From: Tubulanus polymorphus
Lineage: Eukaryota > Animalia > Nemertea
DNA length: 64,000 bases
Direction of reading: 5' to 3'
Assembly (NCBI RefSeq): GCF_964204645.1
Contig: NC_134025.1
Coordinates: 21,303,101-21,367,100 of the forward strand
Below are positions 24,201 through 38,900 of this stretch, piece after piece. The notes beneath the pieces are model-generated. The model was not told the DNA's origin, did not search any database, and was given only the letters and a program-made list of their open reading frames with translations. Numbering within the stretch: the stretch's first letter is position 1; the number at the start of each line of letters is the position of its first letter. Both the position numbers and the translations under genes were made by a program.

Positions 24201-27200
24201 AGCCTGTTTCACGATATGAAATTGTCATTATCAATTTCCACACTATCAGCTTAATTTCAATGACCTCAACATCTATAATTGATCATGATGTGCTTGGCAA
24301 TTCTGGGGCCCCTAATCATAATTTTGATTCATAAAATTTTTTCGGGGTCTTTTAGATTACCGGTGTATGAGAACCCATTCATACGATGCGCCGTTTTGTT
24401 CAATTTGCTATTTCAATTATGCTTCATAGGTTTCAAAAGCTTGTACGTCGATCTGTCAGTGGGTCAGGGCTATGCACAAATTCCACTTCGTGTCGAAGGC
24501 CGTAGCTCCGAAACGCGCCGCTCTTCAACAAGCGCAAGCCGAGTTAGCGGAGACGCAGAAAGAGCTCGAAGCGGCTATGACTCGACTGCGGGAAGTCGAG
24601 GAGGGTATCGCGACGCTGCAGGCGAAATACGAAGATTGCGTGAACAAGAAAGAAGAATTGGAGAGAAAGTGTAAAGAATGCGAGGAGAGATTAGTTCGCG
24701 CTGACAAGGTAGGAAAAAGAAGATACAAAAAGAGATGCATATAGATATAGATATACCAGTAGTTATTTCAGCGACTATAGGTATCTCATCATTTTTAATT
24801 TAACTTTATTTGCTATAGCTTATTGGTGGTCTTGGAGATGAGAAAGTGAGATGGCAAGAATCTGTGGAACGACTAAGCTATATGTTAGACAACATTGTTG
24901 GCGATATCCTTGTAGCAGCTGGAAGTATTGCATACCTTGGGCCGTTTAGTGTAAGTGTTTTATGACTGTTTGAACCCACATGCCCTCTCTCCACCCAGGA
25001 GCACTGACTCCCGAGTACAACATTGTTCCAACTTGGATTTTGCTTCCCTGCAAAATTGTACACGCTTCGAGTATAGGCTAGGGCTAACAATACTATGAGT
25101 GTGAGTGCTTTGTAAAGCATGCAGTTCCACAGTTGGACTCAACTCTTCATCATCATTTTAACAATCAAATTCAACTTGCACTATGGAACTGAGTCCTATA
25201 TGGCCGAGCTGGTTTAGCACTATGTAATGCGGATGATTATCATTTAGAGGGCGTTACTTTCAGGGCGAATACCGACACAAGATGATGTCGAATTGGAACG
25301 AAGAGTTAACTACGTTCAGCGTGCCACATACTAGCGATCCGACTTTGGTGTCAGTTCTCAGCGATCCGGTGAAAATTCGTAGTTGGCAGATTGCCGGCTT
25401 GCCGAAAGATAACCTCTCAGTTGAGAATGGCGTCGTCGTACAGTACTCACAACGCTGGCCTCTGTTCATCGATCCACAAGGACAAGCGAATAAATGGGTC
25501 AAAAATCTGGTAAGCATTTCATGCTGTTCAGTATCAAATGGCACAGCTTCTTACTACACCCGCTGACTGTACAGCATATGTGACAAATTATTTATTGTTA
25601 ATGCATTTTGACACTGGCTGCAATCAACATTACCATCAGTATATATTGTTTCAATTTAACTTCAGACCAGGAATCAGTTTTATAGATCACATTTAACTTT
25701 AACCTGGGGCTACTTCTATGGACTGGTATTAACTTAAACATTTAGGCGAGCTCAATTCATAGATACCTGATGGTTTTCGGTGTCGACTCATATTTTTCGT
25801 TTGAATATTATCTTTAGGAAAGAGACAATGGACTTGATGTGATCAAACTGTCCGATCGGGATTTCCTCAGAAGTTTGGAGAATGCTGTACGATTTGGCAA
25901 ACCGTGTTTGTTAGAGAATATCGGAGAAGAACTTGACCCTGCACTGGAGCCAATTCTGCTCAAACAGGTATGTATGTGTATATTGAATTTACTGGACAGT
26001 TGAGGTTCAATTTGACTCAGAGGATAGGTTTAGCTTTTGAGTCAAAATCCAGGTTCATTTCTGAGTCCTAAACCCTAGAGTAGAATCTTTGCTCCCAACT
26101 GTTGAGCTGGTTCCCTACATTCAGCAGGTTTTAGGAACGCAAGTAAAAGAGTTCTGTTCATGGTATATATTCTCTTAAAGAGAGCATAACCATTCTTGAT
26201 CTTTTACCGGTATATTATTTAGTGTGTCCCTTACAACCCCACCATACCTGCTGAATGAAGCAGGAGGCTTAAACTTTGAAATTGGAAAATGGAGAACAAA
26301 ATATATATGAATTGCCAAATTTTGAAAATATTTGGTTTAACCCTTTCAGTGTGTCTACACCGCAGTGCAGTGTATAAATCAGTGATGGATTTAGCTAGTA
26401 TGCCGCACTGTGGTGTATTTATGTAATTAGTAACTAGGTTTTATCTCTATTGAAAGATGGCAGAACTGTCAAACATAGTGAAATATTAGTAACTAACGAT
26501 AAACCGCGCCGTGGTGTAGATGCACCATAGTGGTATTCTTGTTATTCAACATACTAGGGTGGAAATATTAAAAATTTTCAAATTATCTCCAGCACTATAG
26601 GGTATTGAATAGTCAGCGCTGAAAGGGTTAAGTACATAATATAAATGGAAATTGTCAGTTTCAGTTAAGGGTAATAATCTTTAATCAAACATGAACCGAT
26701 AAGCCACTGATTTAGTTTAACCGACTAAATACATTTTCTGCAGCTAAATCAATATATTTTTTCTTACAGACATTTAAACAATCCGGTAGTACGGTGATAA
26801 AACTTGGTGACGCTGTGATTCCCTATCACGACGACTTTAAATTCTACATCACGACGAAACTCCCAAATCCACATTACACACCAGAAATCTCTACCAAAGT
26901 CACCTTAGTGAACTTCACTTTATCACCGAGGTGAGTATTGTCAATCTTCTGTTGATGATTTGTTTCAGATTCCTGATATGCGAAACAAGTTAACTCTTGG
27001 CACGACTTAAAATGAAAAAATCTGTGTTTCGAATTATATATTTCATCAAAATCATTTCATGTCATTATTTTTGATTCAATGGTTATACCATGTAGTATAT
27101 TACCAGTTTTATACATTGTACAATATTTGATGATGTGTTAGTGTTTCACAACCTTTACATGAATTGAATAATTTTTCTAGGTCTCGTATGTTCATAGACT

Positions 27201-30200
27201 AGGTTAATCTTCTTAATGATTCATTTTGAGAGGCGCAGTGGCAAAAGGGTTTAAACAATCAGAAACCTGACTGAGTTTCTTCTCTGGGCCCGGTTCCACA
27301 GTTGTAAGTTAGAGTTAACTCAGAGTTAAAGTTAGTTCATGTTCTAACTCTAGAGTCAAATTTAACTCAGAACTGAGGAACTGGGTCCAGGTCTCTACTC
27401 ACAAAATAGCAAAAAAGATACCTTGAATCTGTGAATAATGAGGGATGCAAATACTTTTCAGAAAATATAATAATTTCATTTTTCATTCTCTGTAACAGTG
27501 GTTTAGAAGATCAGCTGTTGGGTATTGTAGTCGCCGAAGAGCGTCCAGATCTGGAAGAAGCCAAAAATCAGTTGATCGTCAGCAACGCTAAGATGAAGAA
27601 CGAGCTGAAGGAAATCGAAGATAAGATTCTAGCCCGATTATCGGCGTCTGAAGGCAGTCCTGTCGATGATATCGATCTTATTAACGTACTGGAGGCATCG
27701 AAGATCAAATCTGCAGAAATCAAGGTATAATATTTTAAAATCATCATAATTGAAACACTGAATAATGAAACAATTTAAATTGTCTTGATTAAGCTGATTT
27801 TGATATGAATCTACATCAAGTTATTAACTGAAAAAGTCCTATGATTACCATTGAGTTATGCTGAAGATTTTATAGAATTTTCAATCATTTGTTGGAATGC
27901 AATATATTTAGTATCCACTATCGCCATGTTTTGGGACTCCCGTGGATTTATCAAGTAGAGTTTGTTTAATTTCATAAATTCGGATGAAATTGAACAGTTT
28001 TGTATGATGGTGCTCAGAAGATTTGTTAAATTATAAACCGACTTAATGATCTATATGGGAAATCCAGCTAAAGCTTTGACACCCGTATTTCCCAAGTTTT
28101 TAACTTACCAGAACACTTGAGACCTGACTATCACTTCACTTTCACTTAATACACTCTTTGGGGCTCAATTCAACTAAAAATATTGAAAAATATGCATGAA
28201 ATCAGATTCATTTCTAGTTTATCTTACATCAAAACTACTATTTTTCGTGTTAAATCACTCTCATTTGTGTTGAAAACTACCAAAAATAAGTGACACAAAG
28301 TCAGTCAATCAGTTCTAAATGTATGACTTATTTCACTAAGACGGGAACTTCATGATTTGTTTATTCACTTTTGGATCTATTGATTACATTTTTAGGCTAA
28401 AGTTGTGGTAGCCGAACAAACAGAGTTGGATATCGACGAAACTCGTAGTAAATACATCCCCGTCGCGGTGAATACTCAGATTCTGTTCTTCTGCGTCGCC
28501 GATCTCGCTAGCATAGATCCTATGTACCAGTATTCGTTGGAATGGTTCATCTCTATTTTCCTCAGCGGAATTGCCAATGCTGAACGATCAGGTATAAATA
28601 ACTAAATTGGCTTTCAAGACCGCTAATAGGCTATGGGAGCCTAAAAATTCAGTTCAAAGTTGATCGAGAATGAACTTATTTTTACAATGTAAAATTGACT
28701 GTTCATCATGCGTCTGGCCGGATAGCTGGTGTTGTGGATCCCCATTGTCTTTAAAATGAATCATGTGAAACCATGTTATGTATTTACTGCCGCATTTCAA
28801 TATCTCCAACACAGAGGTGCTTTGATTTAAACGTATAATATGGTTTCTTTCAGAAAATCTGCCCCAGCGAATCATAAACATCAACGATTACTTCACGTAC
28901 AGTCTGTACAGTAACGTTTGCCGTAGTTTGTTTGAAAAACACAAACTGCTCTTCGCCTTCTTATTGACAACTCGAATCATGCAACACGACGGGAAGATCA
29001 ATATGGTATGATAACTGATGAACTTGAGCTTGAAAAAAGAATCGCTCATTTGCGTAGGCTATTAGTGTTGGACAAGAGGAATTTGCGGAAATTTCTAGAT
29101 GAATTACTCATGTTGAGATCTAGGGCATGAAGCCATTAGGACCAAAAATGCACATAATTAGAAATGCATTTACATGTTCATGTATTGTTTACTACACTAA
29201 AAAAGGTTTTCATATATATTGTATCTTATATCAAATACTTAATGTACCAGGTGCCAGTTGCTCAAAAGCTGGTTAGAATTAACCAGTGTCATGACATTGT
29301 GACAATCAAAAGTTACTATGGCATTTATCCGCCAGTTATCTTCAACCAACTTTTGAGCAACTGGCCCCAGAATTTCACTGAGCACTTGCCTATCTGTTTT
29401 GCTAATTTGTTTTAATCGAATGAACTGTGTCCGATTATGGGTCTGATGTTCATCCGATTATGGTCTGATGTTAATCGTAGAAGATACATTTTCTATTCGT
29501 TGAATTATTGTAGGATGAATGGCGATTCTTGCTAGCTGGAGGAACCTCCAAACCAAAGGAAATTGAGAATCCCGCACCAGATTGGGTTTCGGACAGAATC
29601 TGGGGTGATATTCTTACACTAGGTGCTCTTGATGCATTTTCCGAATTTCCTGAAGACTTTCAGAATAACGTTGAAGGATTCAAGAAAATATTTGATAGTC
29701 CAGAGCCACACAGGTAAAGGGCGTTTCGGACATTTCCCACTTGGCATATACATATCTCTTGTATCTCGTTTGCCCCTGGGTAGTTTCCTTTGGTACCTGT
29801 CCCTGTAAAATGTCAAGTACCAGTATCCTGAATTACCAGTTCAGGACCTAGAAGTCAAGTGTAGATCGCAAATTCAGGAGAAAACGGGGTATAAGAAGTT
29901 TTACCTTTTTACCTAATCACACTATTCTACAATTCAACTTGTGTAGGGAAGAGTTGCCTGGAAATTGGAAGGAGCGCTTAGACAACTTTCAAAAGATTAT
30001 AGTCCTCCGATGTTTACGAGCTGATAAAGTTACAAACGGGATGCAGGATTTTGTTGCGACTGAACTCGGTCAGCGTTTCATTGAACCACAGGTAATGTGT
30101 GACAATTTGGTTGAAGAAATCTGTAAATTCATTTATAAAGCCCCCTCTGTATACTCCTGGTACCTACAAGCTCTTCCATACTAGCTATGAAGTCTATAAA

Positions 30201-32866
30201 CACCACAGGCTTAACTATTATTCGAAAACAAGTCATTCAGTCTTAGCAAGTATCCCAAAGTTTTTGAAACGCAGGATGTCAAAAAAGGCAGTTTGAAGGC
30301 TAATCTAGTAAGATAACTGAAGATTTTGATACACACATAATTTCTTTTCCAAAATATTAATGAACTATATAGTATATCTTTGTTAGCTATTTTTCAACGC
30401 AACGATGGCATATTGCGACATATAATGATAATAACTACTTTAACATAAACATACTGTGAATACAATATTTTAGATCTAAACTAAAGGCTTGAGTCATGTG
30501 GAAATATTCTAATGTTATGTTATGTTCTATCTTGCAGACGGCTGATCTGAGTTTGGTGTATAAAGACTCCTCTCCGACCACTCCTCTTATATTCGTTTTG
30601 TCAGTCGGTACAGATCCGGCTGTAGATCTGTACAAGTTTGCTGAGGAAATGAGGTTTTCAAAGAAACTTTCTGCTATTTCCCTCGGCCAAGGACAGGTAA
30701 ACATTGTTGAAACCTATACGAAAATATGACAAAAATAACGTTAATTGTGCTGCATGAAATATTGTTGTTTATGTTCAGGGACCAAGAGCGGAAGCATTGA
30801 TGAGAAGTGCAATGGAGCGCGGAAAATGGGTCTTTTTCCAAAATTGTCACTTGGCGCCAAGTTGGATGCCGTCATTAGAACGTCTAGTGGAACAGATCGA
30901 CCCTGATAAGGTAAGAATACGAGGTCAAAGTTGACATTAAACATGTATATCACAAGCCAAATTTAGAAAAGCTTTTTTAAAAATCAGAAAATTTTAAAAA
31001 GAATATGTGATTCTTATCATTGGAAACCTTATACACTGGAAAATTTGTGTATAAAGCTGAAATGTAAATATACATATTTTAATTTTTTTCATGCTTTCAC
31101 TTGTTCCCTCTTTCTTGTAATCAGGTCCATCGCGATTTTCGTCTATGGTTAACCAGTATGCCGAGTCCAAAGTTCCCGGTTTTCATTCTGCAAAACGGCT
31201 CGAAAATGACCGTCGAACCTCCGAGAGGAATCAAAGCAAACTTGCTGAAAACATACGTATCGGTAACGGACGATTTCCTCAACTCGGTCGGCGATAAGGT
31301 AAATTTCGCAAAAGCGACATATTCCAAACCTACGTACTTAAAATAGAATTTTACTGTTTGGCATGATACTCAATTTCTATAAGGTTACAACCATTCGCTA
31401 CGTAATTTTCCTCATGAGCGATAGTAATTTATCAATTTGAAATGATTAACTTATGCATGGTTTGTTGTTGACAGCACTCACAAAGGGTAAGAGTTGACCA
31501 TATGCTTTGCATATACCTATATATTTATATCAATTCATGTACATGTAGATCTATTAATTATAGCTTTCTACTAAATTGAACCTGTATTTCATAGATCGTA
31601 GATGAGGCCACAGTATTTTTCGGAGGAAGTATGGATGACTAAATTTAGTAAAGTCATCCTCATTTTCTGGAAACCGAAAAAACCAGGGAAATAAACAAAT
31701 TTCAAATTTTCGAAGACATGCATTTCTACTATGAGAATTTTGGGAAATCTTTGTGACATAAATTCAGCTGAAGTTGTATATTCAAATTGATAATGATTCA
31801 GATATTCCTCTATTGAAATTCACGATCAGCTCTTTGAAATATGAATAGAAAAATCCCATTTTGAAATCTATTTACTTTATTATTACTATATTAACTGTAC
31901 CAAAATATTAGATTTTTCAAACTGTGGCCTAGTCGTATCCTATGCTTAGGCTTTCAGAAAACATTGTAAATCATGTAGTATGCCGCCTTCCTATTTACCT
32001 CCAATGCTACATGTTCCAGTCTTATATCCATGATGTTTTTATACATTAATTTAAGCTTTCTGCCTCCTTTTACCTTCCCTTCCCTTATGCTTAGAAAAAT
32101 GATCATTGTTTATTATATATGACACTAGGCCTACTGCTACTACATAGACCTCAAAGTCATAACAATCGTGATCGGGTTGTAGACCTGTAAATTTAAGGTC
32201 GATGAACTAGAAAATCAAAATTAGAATTCTAGAATGGACCCAGTTCCACAGATGTGAGTTAGATTTAACCAGATTGAAATTTGACTCAAAAAATTTGGAA
32301 CTGGGTCCCACTATACAAATGTATATCCTTTTCGAAAGCGCATTTCAAAAGGCAACATTGGTTTTTGTAGTTTTGCGGGTATACACAGGGACCTCATTCT
32401 GGTATTTAGGCTACTTTATAATGATTTCCATGTTATAGAAAAGAGTTCCATAGTTCTGAGATGAAGTTATCATTCTTGATTGGGTAATGTAAAATGAACT
32501 AATTTGATCTGAAGTCACATATTCAATCAATGGAACTGGGTCCATTTTACTGTAAACTGGGTGTAATTCAATTACTCTTAGTTAACAAACACACCAAATT
32601 TTTACCGTAACAATTATTTACATTCATCGAGTTATGAAATTATTTTCAATCTCATCCTTGTAGAATGTTGAATTCCGACATTTGTTGCTGTCGTTGTGTA
32701 TGTACCACGGCGTGACCTTGGAGCGAAGGAAATTCGGCGCTCTCGGCTTCAACATCCCGTACGAGTTCACCGACGGAGATTTACGTATTTGTATCAGTCA
32801 GCTGAAAATGTTCCTCAGTGAATACGAAGATATTCCGTACAAGGTATGAACGATAGGAAATGTGTG

Positions 32867-32929
<63 letters not shown>

Positions 32930-35900
32930 AAAATGTACTTAACCACTTAACTGGTTAACTGGGATGGTCAAAGTGGCTGTCTCATCGTTCAATTATTTTG
33001 GTGACATTGCACTTTCTTTGAAATGTTTTAGAACAATGATTTATAATCTTACAATCATTTATTATAATAATGTGTTATGGTCATAGAAAAAACACTTTTG
33101 ATATTCTAAATCATTTTGGGGGTCATTGGTGACCTGGGGGTGTTAATAAGGAATTGAATAAGCTCCACAATCAGCCATAGGGTAGCCGTGCTCTTTTGTC
33201 GCGTGCAGCCAAGGTGGCTGAATAAAATGACTGGTTTCGCCACCTATCAGTGTCTACACGATCTAGTAGTGAAGTGAATGACAATAGCATGAATATACTG
33301 TAAAAAAAAACAGGGGAAGCAGGTCTAATAGTGTCCACAAGTTATCTTGTCCCAAAAGAGGTAAAAGTTGGCTCATGGACAAGTTAACTCATTCCAAGTG
33401 GTTAAGGGTTTAAATAGCTGGTACCACCATTATATAGATAACTTACCCAAATGAGTATTTACACTAAGTAAATAAAATTGAAAATAAAATTGAATTGAAC
33501 TAAAAAAAATGGTGTTGGCTTACATAATGTGATGACTTAACCGAGTTTGACTATGGGCATTTACACCCATTACATCAATAACCATGCTTGATCATCAGAA
33601 ACTGTCCCTGATGATGATCTTGCTTGGCTTAATTGTCAAGGACAGTCCCTTATGTTGTAAGTGATCCCTGCTAATTGATTACAATATTGTCAATTGTTGG
33701 GGACAGTCAGTCATAACGACGCCTCAGCTTTGACATACCCTCTATTGTAGGCATTGTTTTTGATAGCGATTACGGTACACTTGGCTCAATTTTCATGGAC
33801 AGGGATATCGGAGTGCAATCATAGGTCTAAATATATTTTTATTGGCCTATGAATGCTGATGACGATAATAATTATGGCAATTATAAAGCCCTAAAAATCC
33901 AGCCACATCGCTAATCGTGTATCGTCTCTCGCTGGGGAGAAAACATCTGATCTACTGTATTCGGTACTCATCTCATCAGCGAGTCATCTAGGTCAAGTGC
34001 CCATTTGTTCCTGTTGGCAAGGTGGATAAGTATCTCGCCTAGAGTCAGGCCTATAACCTGGCATGCCAGAGCTAAACACTCAAACCACTCGCCCGAACCA
34101 CACTCCACATGTACTTTGTTAAATAGTCGTTGTATGTTCGGTTTCAGGTTTTGGTTTACACAGCTGGACATATAAACTACGGAGGACGAGTTACCGATGA
34201 CTGGGATCGTCGATGTTTGATGAATATCCTCAGCGATTTCTACAATCCGATCGTCTGCGACGAAGAACATGTTTACTCCGAGTCGGCGATTTACCGACAA
34301 ATCAGTCCGGCGCTCGACGTAAATGTAAGTAAGAGTAACGGATGCGTGGAATTTTCCAAAAGAGCCCATTTCGTATTATGAATGGGCTCTTTTGAAAATT
34401 TCTTGCTATGAATGCTTAAGTAGATAATTGTAACTCGCACAGTCGAATTGGATTCGTGAAAGAAATTCCTGAAACGTATCCAAAATCTTGTTGATTTGTT
34501 AACTTTGGTCAAATATCTAATCATGGGCTCTTCAGTCCATGTTTTAACCAACAACCTCGCCTTTGCCATCGGAAATTGATTATGATAATAAACCTTCTCC
34601 AATATACTGTCAAATGTTGAAATTCTACAGTAACCCAGATTCCATAATTGAGGTTGCAAATTATAGTGTCTTGACAGAAACCTAAGTCAAGGATTGAAAT
34701 ATAGCTATTTTATGGGAACAGATTTAGAATGAATGGCTATTTTTTCTTTTAGGGTTACATAAGTTATATAAAGTCCCTGCCGATTAACGATAGTCCAGAA
34801 ATCTTCGGGCTCCATGACAACGCGAACATCACGTTTGCGCAGAATGAAACGTTTTCATTGCTCGGTGGTCTGTTGTTACTACAACCGAAGAGTGCATCAG
34901 GTGGCGGAAAATCACGTGAAGAGGTACATCACCCGTGTTACGATGACTTATCAAAACCGTTGTGAATACAAACCATACCCTGGCATTTGTGATATTTTTG
35001 GAATTTCGCTATTTTTATCAAGTGAATTTGGGTGAAAGGGGACTGTATGTCGCTAAATGAAAAACGGTACCAAGCAAAAAATAAAAGGTTGAGAAAGTAC
35101 AGTATTGAAAATATTTGAAAGTTATAGGGGACATTATTTTAAAGGAAGTTGTGGGGCCTCCTCTCCCCAGCCATTTAGAAAACACTACTATATAAGAATA
35201 CAAGCATGTATAGCTTAAATTGTACTGTGATCTACAAGCCAAATTGAACAAAATCTGTCCAATTTCTTAAGTCGCTAATAGTATCTTTGGTACTTTCATG
35301 CAAGGGTCCTAGAGTAATTGGTGGTACCCCTAATGACATCCAAAAATGACTCTGGATCCACAGGATACCCCTAGACTTTGCTTGAAGCAAATGAACTATA
35401 CCCTTATACCATACCGTACCATATCATACTCTAATATTGTATTTATTGCATTATGAATTGAGAAAAAGATAAATCTTATTATTATTATCACCGGTTTAAA
35501 TAATTTACAGGTTATGGAAGATACAGCAAAGAGTATTCTGGGAGAAGTTCCGAAGCCAATCGATTTCGCGGCAGTGATGGAAAAATATCCAGTCATGTAT
35601 GAACAATCAATGAACACAGTACTCGCTCAAGAAGTGATCAGGTATCTACATCTGCATGTGATATTGAGACAATTCTTTCATCATCATAGAAACCCTATTT
35701 GCTCACTGAAGACTGTGACCTTGCAGAGTGACTGGCCACTTCTATTTCCCTCTAGGACAGGAACATTGAGATATGCCTCGATTTGCATTAAGTGTTTTAC
35801 TCAGCAAAACTCTTGAAACTATTAGATTTACTAGAAGGACAAGTTATGATTTACTAGAACTACCAGTTCCAGTGATAATTCCTCTGAATATTGTTCCATC

Positions 35901-38900
35901 TCAATCGGTTTTCTCTGGGAACAAGCCTTCTTCTAATTTAATGTGAATTCATTACTTTTTAGATACAACCGTCTTCTGGAAACGATCCATAATTCGCTTC
36001 ACGATCTGTTGAAAGCCTTGAAAGGTTTAGTCGTTATGTCGGAAGCTTTGGAGAACATGGCCAACAGTTTGTACAACAATATGGTACCCGATATGTGGGC
36101 AGGAAAAGCATACCCATCGTTGAAACCTCTGGCATCTTGGGTAACCGACTTGGAACACAGGATTCAATTCATCAAAGACTGGATCGACAATGGAATACCA
36201 GCTGTAGGCATTTTTCCATTCTCATTTCTGCATGAACCTAATGCACACAGCAAGACATAAGCTGTGACCGCAAGAGCGCTTTTGACCCGAGCCCACTGTT
36301 CACACGGGTGCCAAATGCAATCCAGGCAAAATTTGACTTGGGCCAGATCGGAGTCAATTAATCATGCGCTAAATCACCCCTGTCTGATCACAGCTATAAA
36401 TACAAAACAGAAAAGTTTTTCTGGCTTGTTTTACTGTGTGTTGCTTCAAAACACAGAAGAAACATAATTTGTGTTTTGTGTTTCGGAGCGTTACACAAGG
36501 TCACAAAACATGTTAGGAAAGTGTTTCAGGCTAATGTCTAGCTGTGTGAGGCCTTCGTAAATAGGACATTAATCAAATTTTGGTACTCGACACCAAGAGA
36601 GCAAAAAGCATTTTTCACTTTGAAAATCGTCCATATTGTCCCTTGAGTGAATTTAGATTTGCTGTAGCTTAAAAATGAACTCTATTTATCGCTTGATATT
36701 TCAGGTTTTCTGGATCTCCGGCTTCTTCTTCCCGCAAGCATTTTTGACTGGAACTTTGCAGAATTTCGCTCGTAAAGAAGTTATCTCGATTGACACGATA
36801 TCTTTCGGTTTTGAGGTAGATAATCATCAAACAATCTCTGAAGGAATTAACCGCAATCTGTATTCATTGACATCTTAAGATGTACATGTATACTTCATAC
36901 CATAATATATTCATTCAGATTCTCTTAAGATACCATTGTCATATGGCTTGTATTTTGATTCATTGAAAAGATGCCAATTTCACATGTTCTACAGACCAAT
37001 ATGTTTAGCTTTGCCATTTCTTTCTTAGTGAAATTTATCCTGAATTTTACGAGTGTAGTTCAATTACTTTTTCTGATATCAGAGAAAATTTGTACCATAT
37101 ATTTATCTAGCAACGCGGGAATGCTTCCTTTTTGTCAAAGTCTTGCGCCGACATTTCCACATTTCATTCCATATTCCATTTAATGAATTTTCAGTTACGA
37201 AATGCTGAAAGTTTCTAGTACTTTTGTTCATCTTTGCATTTCGTTATGTTCTATAGGTTGTGAAGACTCCGGCTTCAGAACTGAAGCGGCCAGAGAACGG
37301 TTGCTACATCAACGGTCTGTTCCTGGAAGGCTCGCGTTGGGACTACAACGCCCATCAGTTAACTGAATCCAAACCGAAAGATTTGTTCACCGAGATGCCC
37401 GTCATTTGGCTGATTCCCTACGAAAATCGAACCCAACCAGAAGAAGGAATCTATGAATGTCCTGTTTATAAAACCTTAACGAGAGCGGGTAAGTCATTCA
37501 AACAAAATGAAGGGTTGATTTGTACGTACGTACGTACATACATACATACATATATATTCAGTGGAACCTCGTTACAATGAACTTCAATGGACCAAAAAAT
37601 ATGTTCGTTATAACCGATAGTTCATTATATCGGGTATGAAATTTATCAAATCGTCTTACAAAATTCTTTATTTGTTTTAACTGATGAATTGTTGTAATCC
37701 AAGTTTGTTTTAACAAGGTTCGGCTGTATACATATCATCATTGTCCAAAAGTAAGCTTACTTAACATTGGGGGGTGATTGTATATGGCTATAAGTATCGG
37801 AAAGCCCCTCGCCAGTATCAGATTGCGTATTAGCATTTTATTTACTGGCGTATTATCATCAAAAGTCAAAATTTATGAATATTGTCAACGAATATTGTGT
37901 GTAGCTGTGACATTGGAATGAATAAGCTGATTAATTCGGCACAGACACAGGATGATTGAATAATGATTATATCTCAATGAAATTCGACGTACGGTGCTTA
38001 CGTCATTTATTTCATTTGCGCAACTCCTTTAACGCATGCTCCTTTCAAGCTATTCATATTTACTATAAGCGTGCCATCTTGAGTGGGCTTATTGTGCGTA
38101 AACACTTGAAGGGCCGGCTATTGTTTATTAACACTCAAAGCGGTAACATCTTGCAAAGGAACAGTATCTCTTTTTACTATGTCTACCATCTTCACAACCG
38201 ACCGTGGGGTGCATAGACCAAATTTCGATGACCCTCAGTTGCTATATGAGTTGTGATGGCTGCTGGGCTAATGGTCGTTTATTAGCAGAGAAAGCGGCAG
38301 TCAGTCCGCTGTCCAGCCATTCAAAGGGATCAATAGTTTAATCCACAGGTGTATGGACAGCTGTGTGAATAACCCATGATCACCCGGCATCATGCCTATT
38401 GTCAAATATTATATTTGCTTCACTAATTTATAACAGATGCATTTATTCCCTTCACATTTATTTTCACATAGCAAGCCATGGGGGAGGGGGCAATCATTCA
38501 CGAAAAATAAATAAACCCCATTAAGGTGGGTCTTGTTTCAGGAAGAACAGTCTCTTATTGCAAATGACATCTATATTAGAAATATAGGTTTTGATGCAGC
38601 TGTTGTTTGTCAAAGTTTACCGATTTGTTGAGTACAAATAAAGCACATCTGATTTCAACATTCATTTCAAACATTGTGTGAAAGTATATGTCATTTTATA
38701 TACATTCTAAAACTTGGGGGGCCCACTGTTCATAATTAATTAAGGAATTTCGACCTCGATTAAGGGACTGAATAAGGCTAGCTTGGTCTTATCTTAGGTC
38801 TTAGCAGTGGAACTAGCCTCAGGGCCCCCCAGTTTCACAAAAAGGATTAAGGCCTAAATCGATTTATGATAAACTGAATTAATGAAGAAATCAAATCGAT

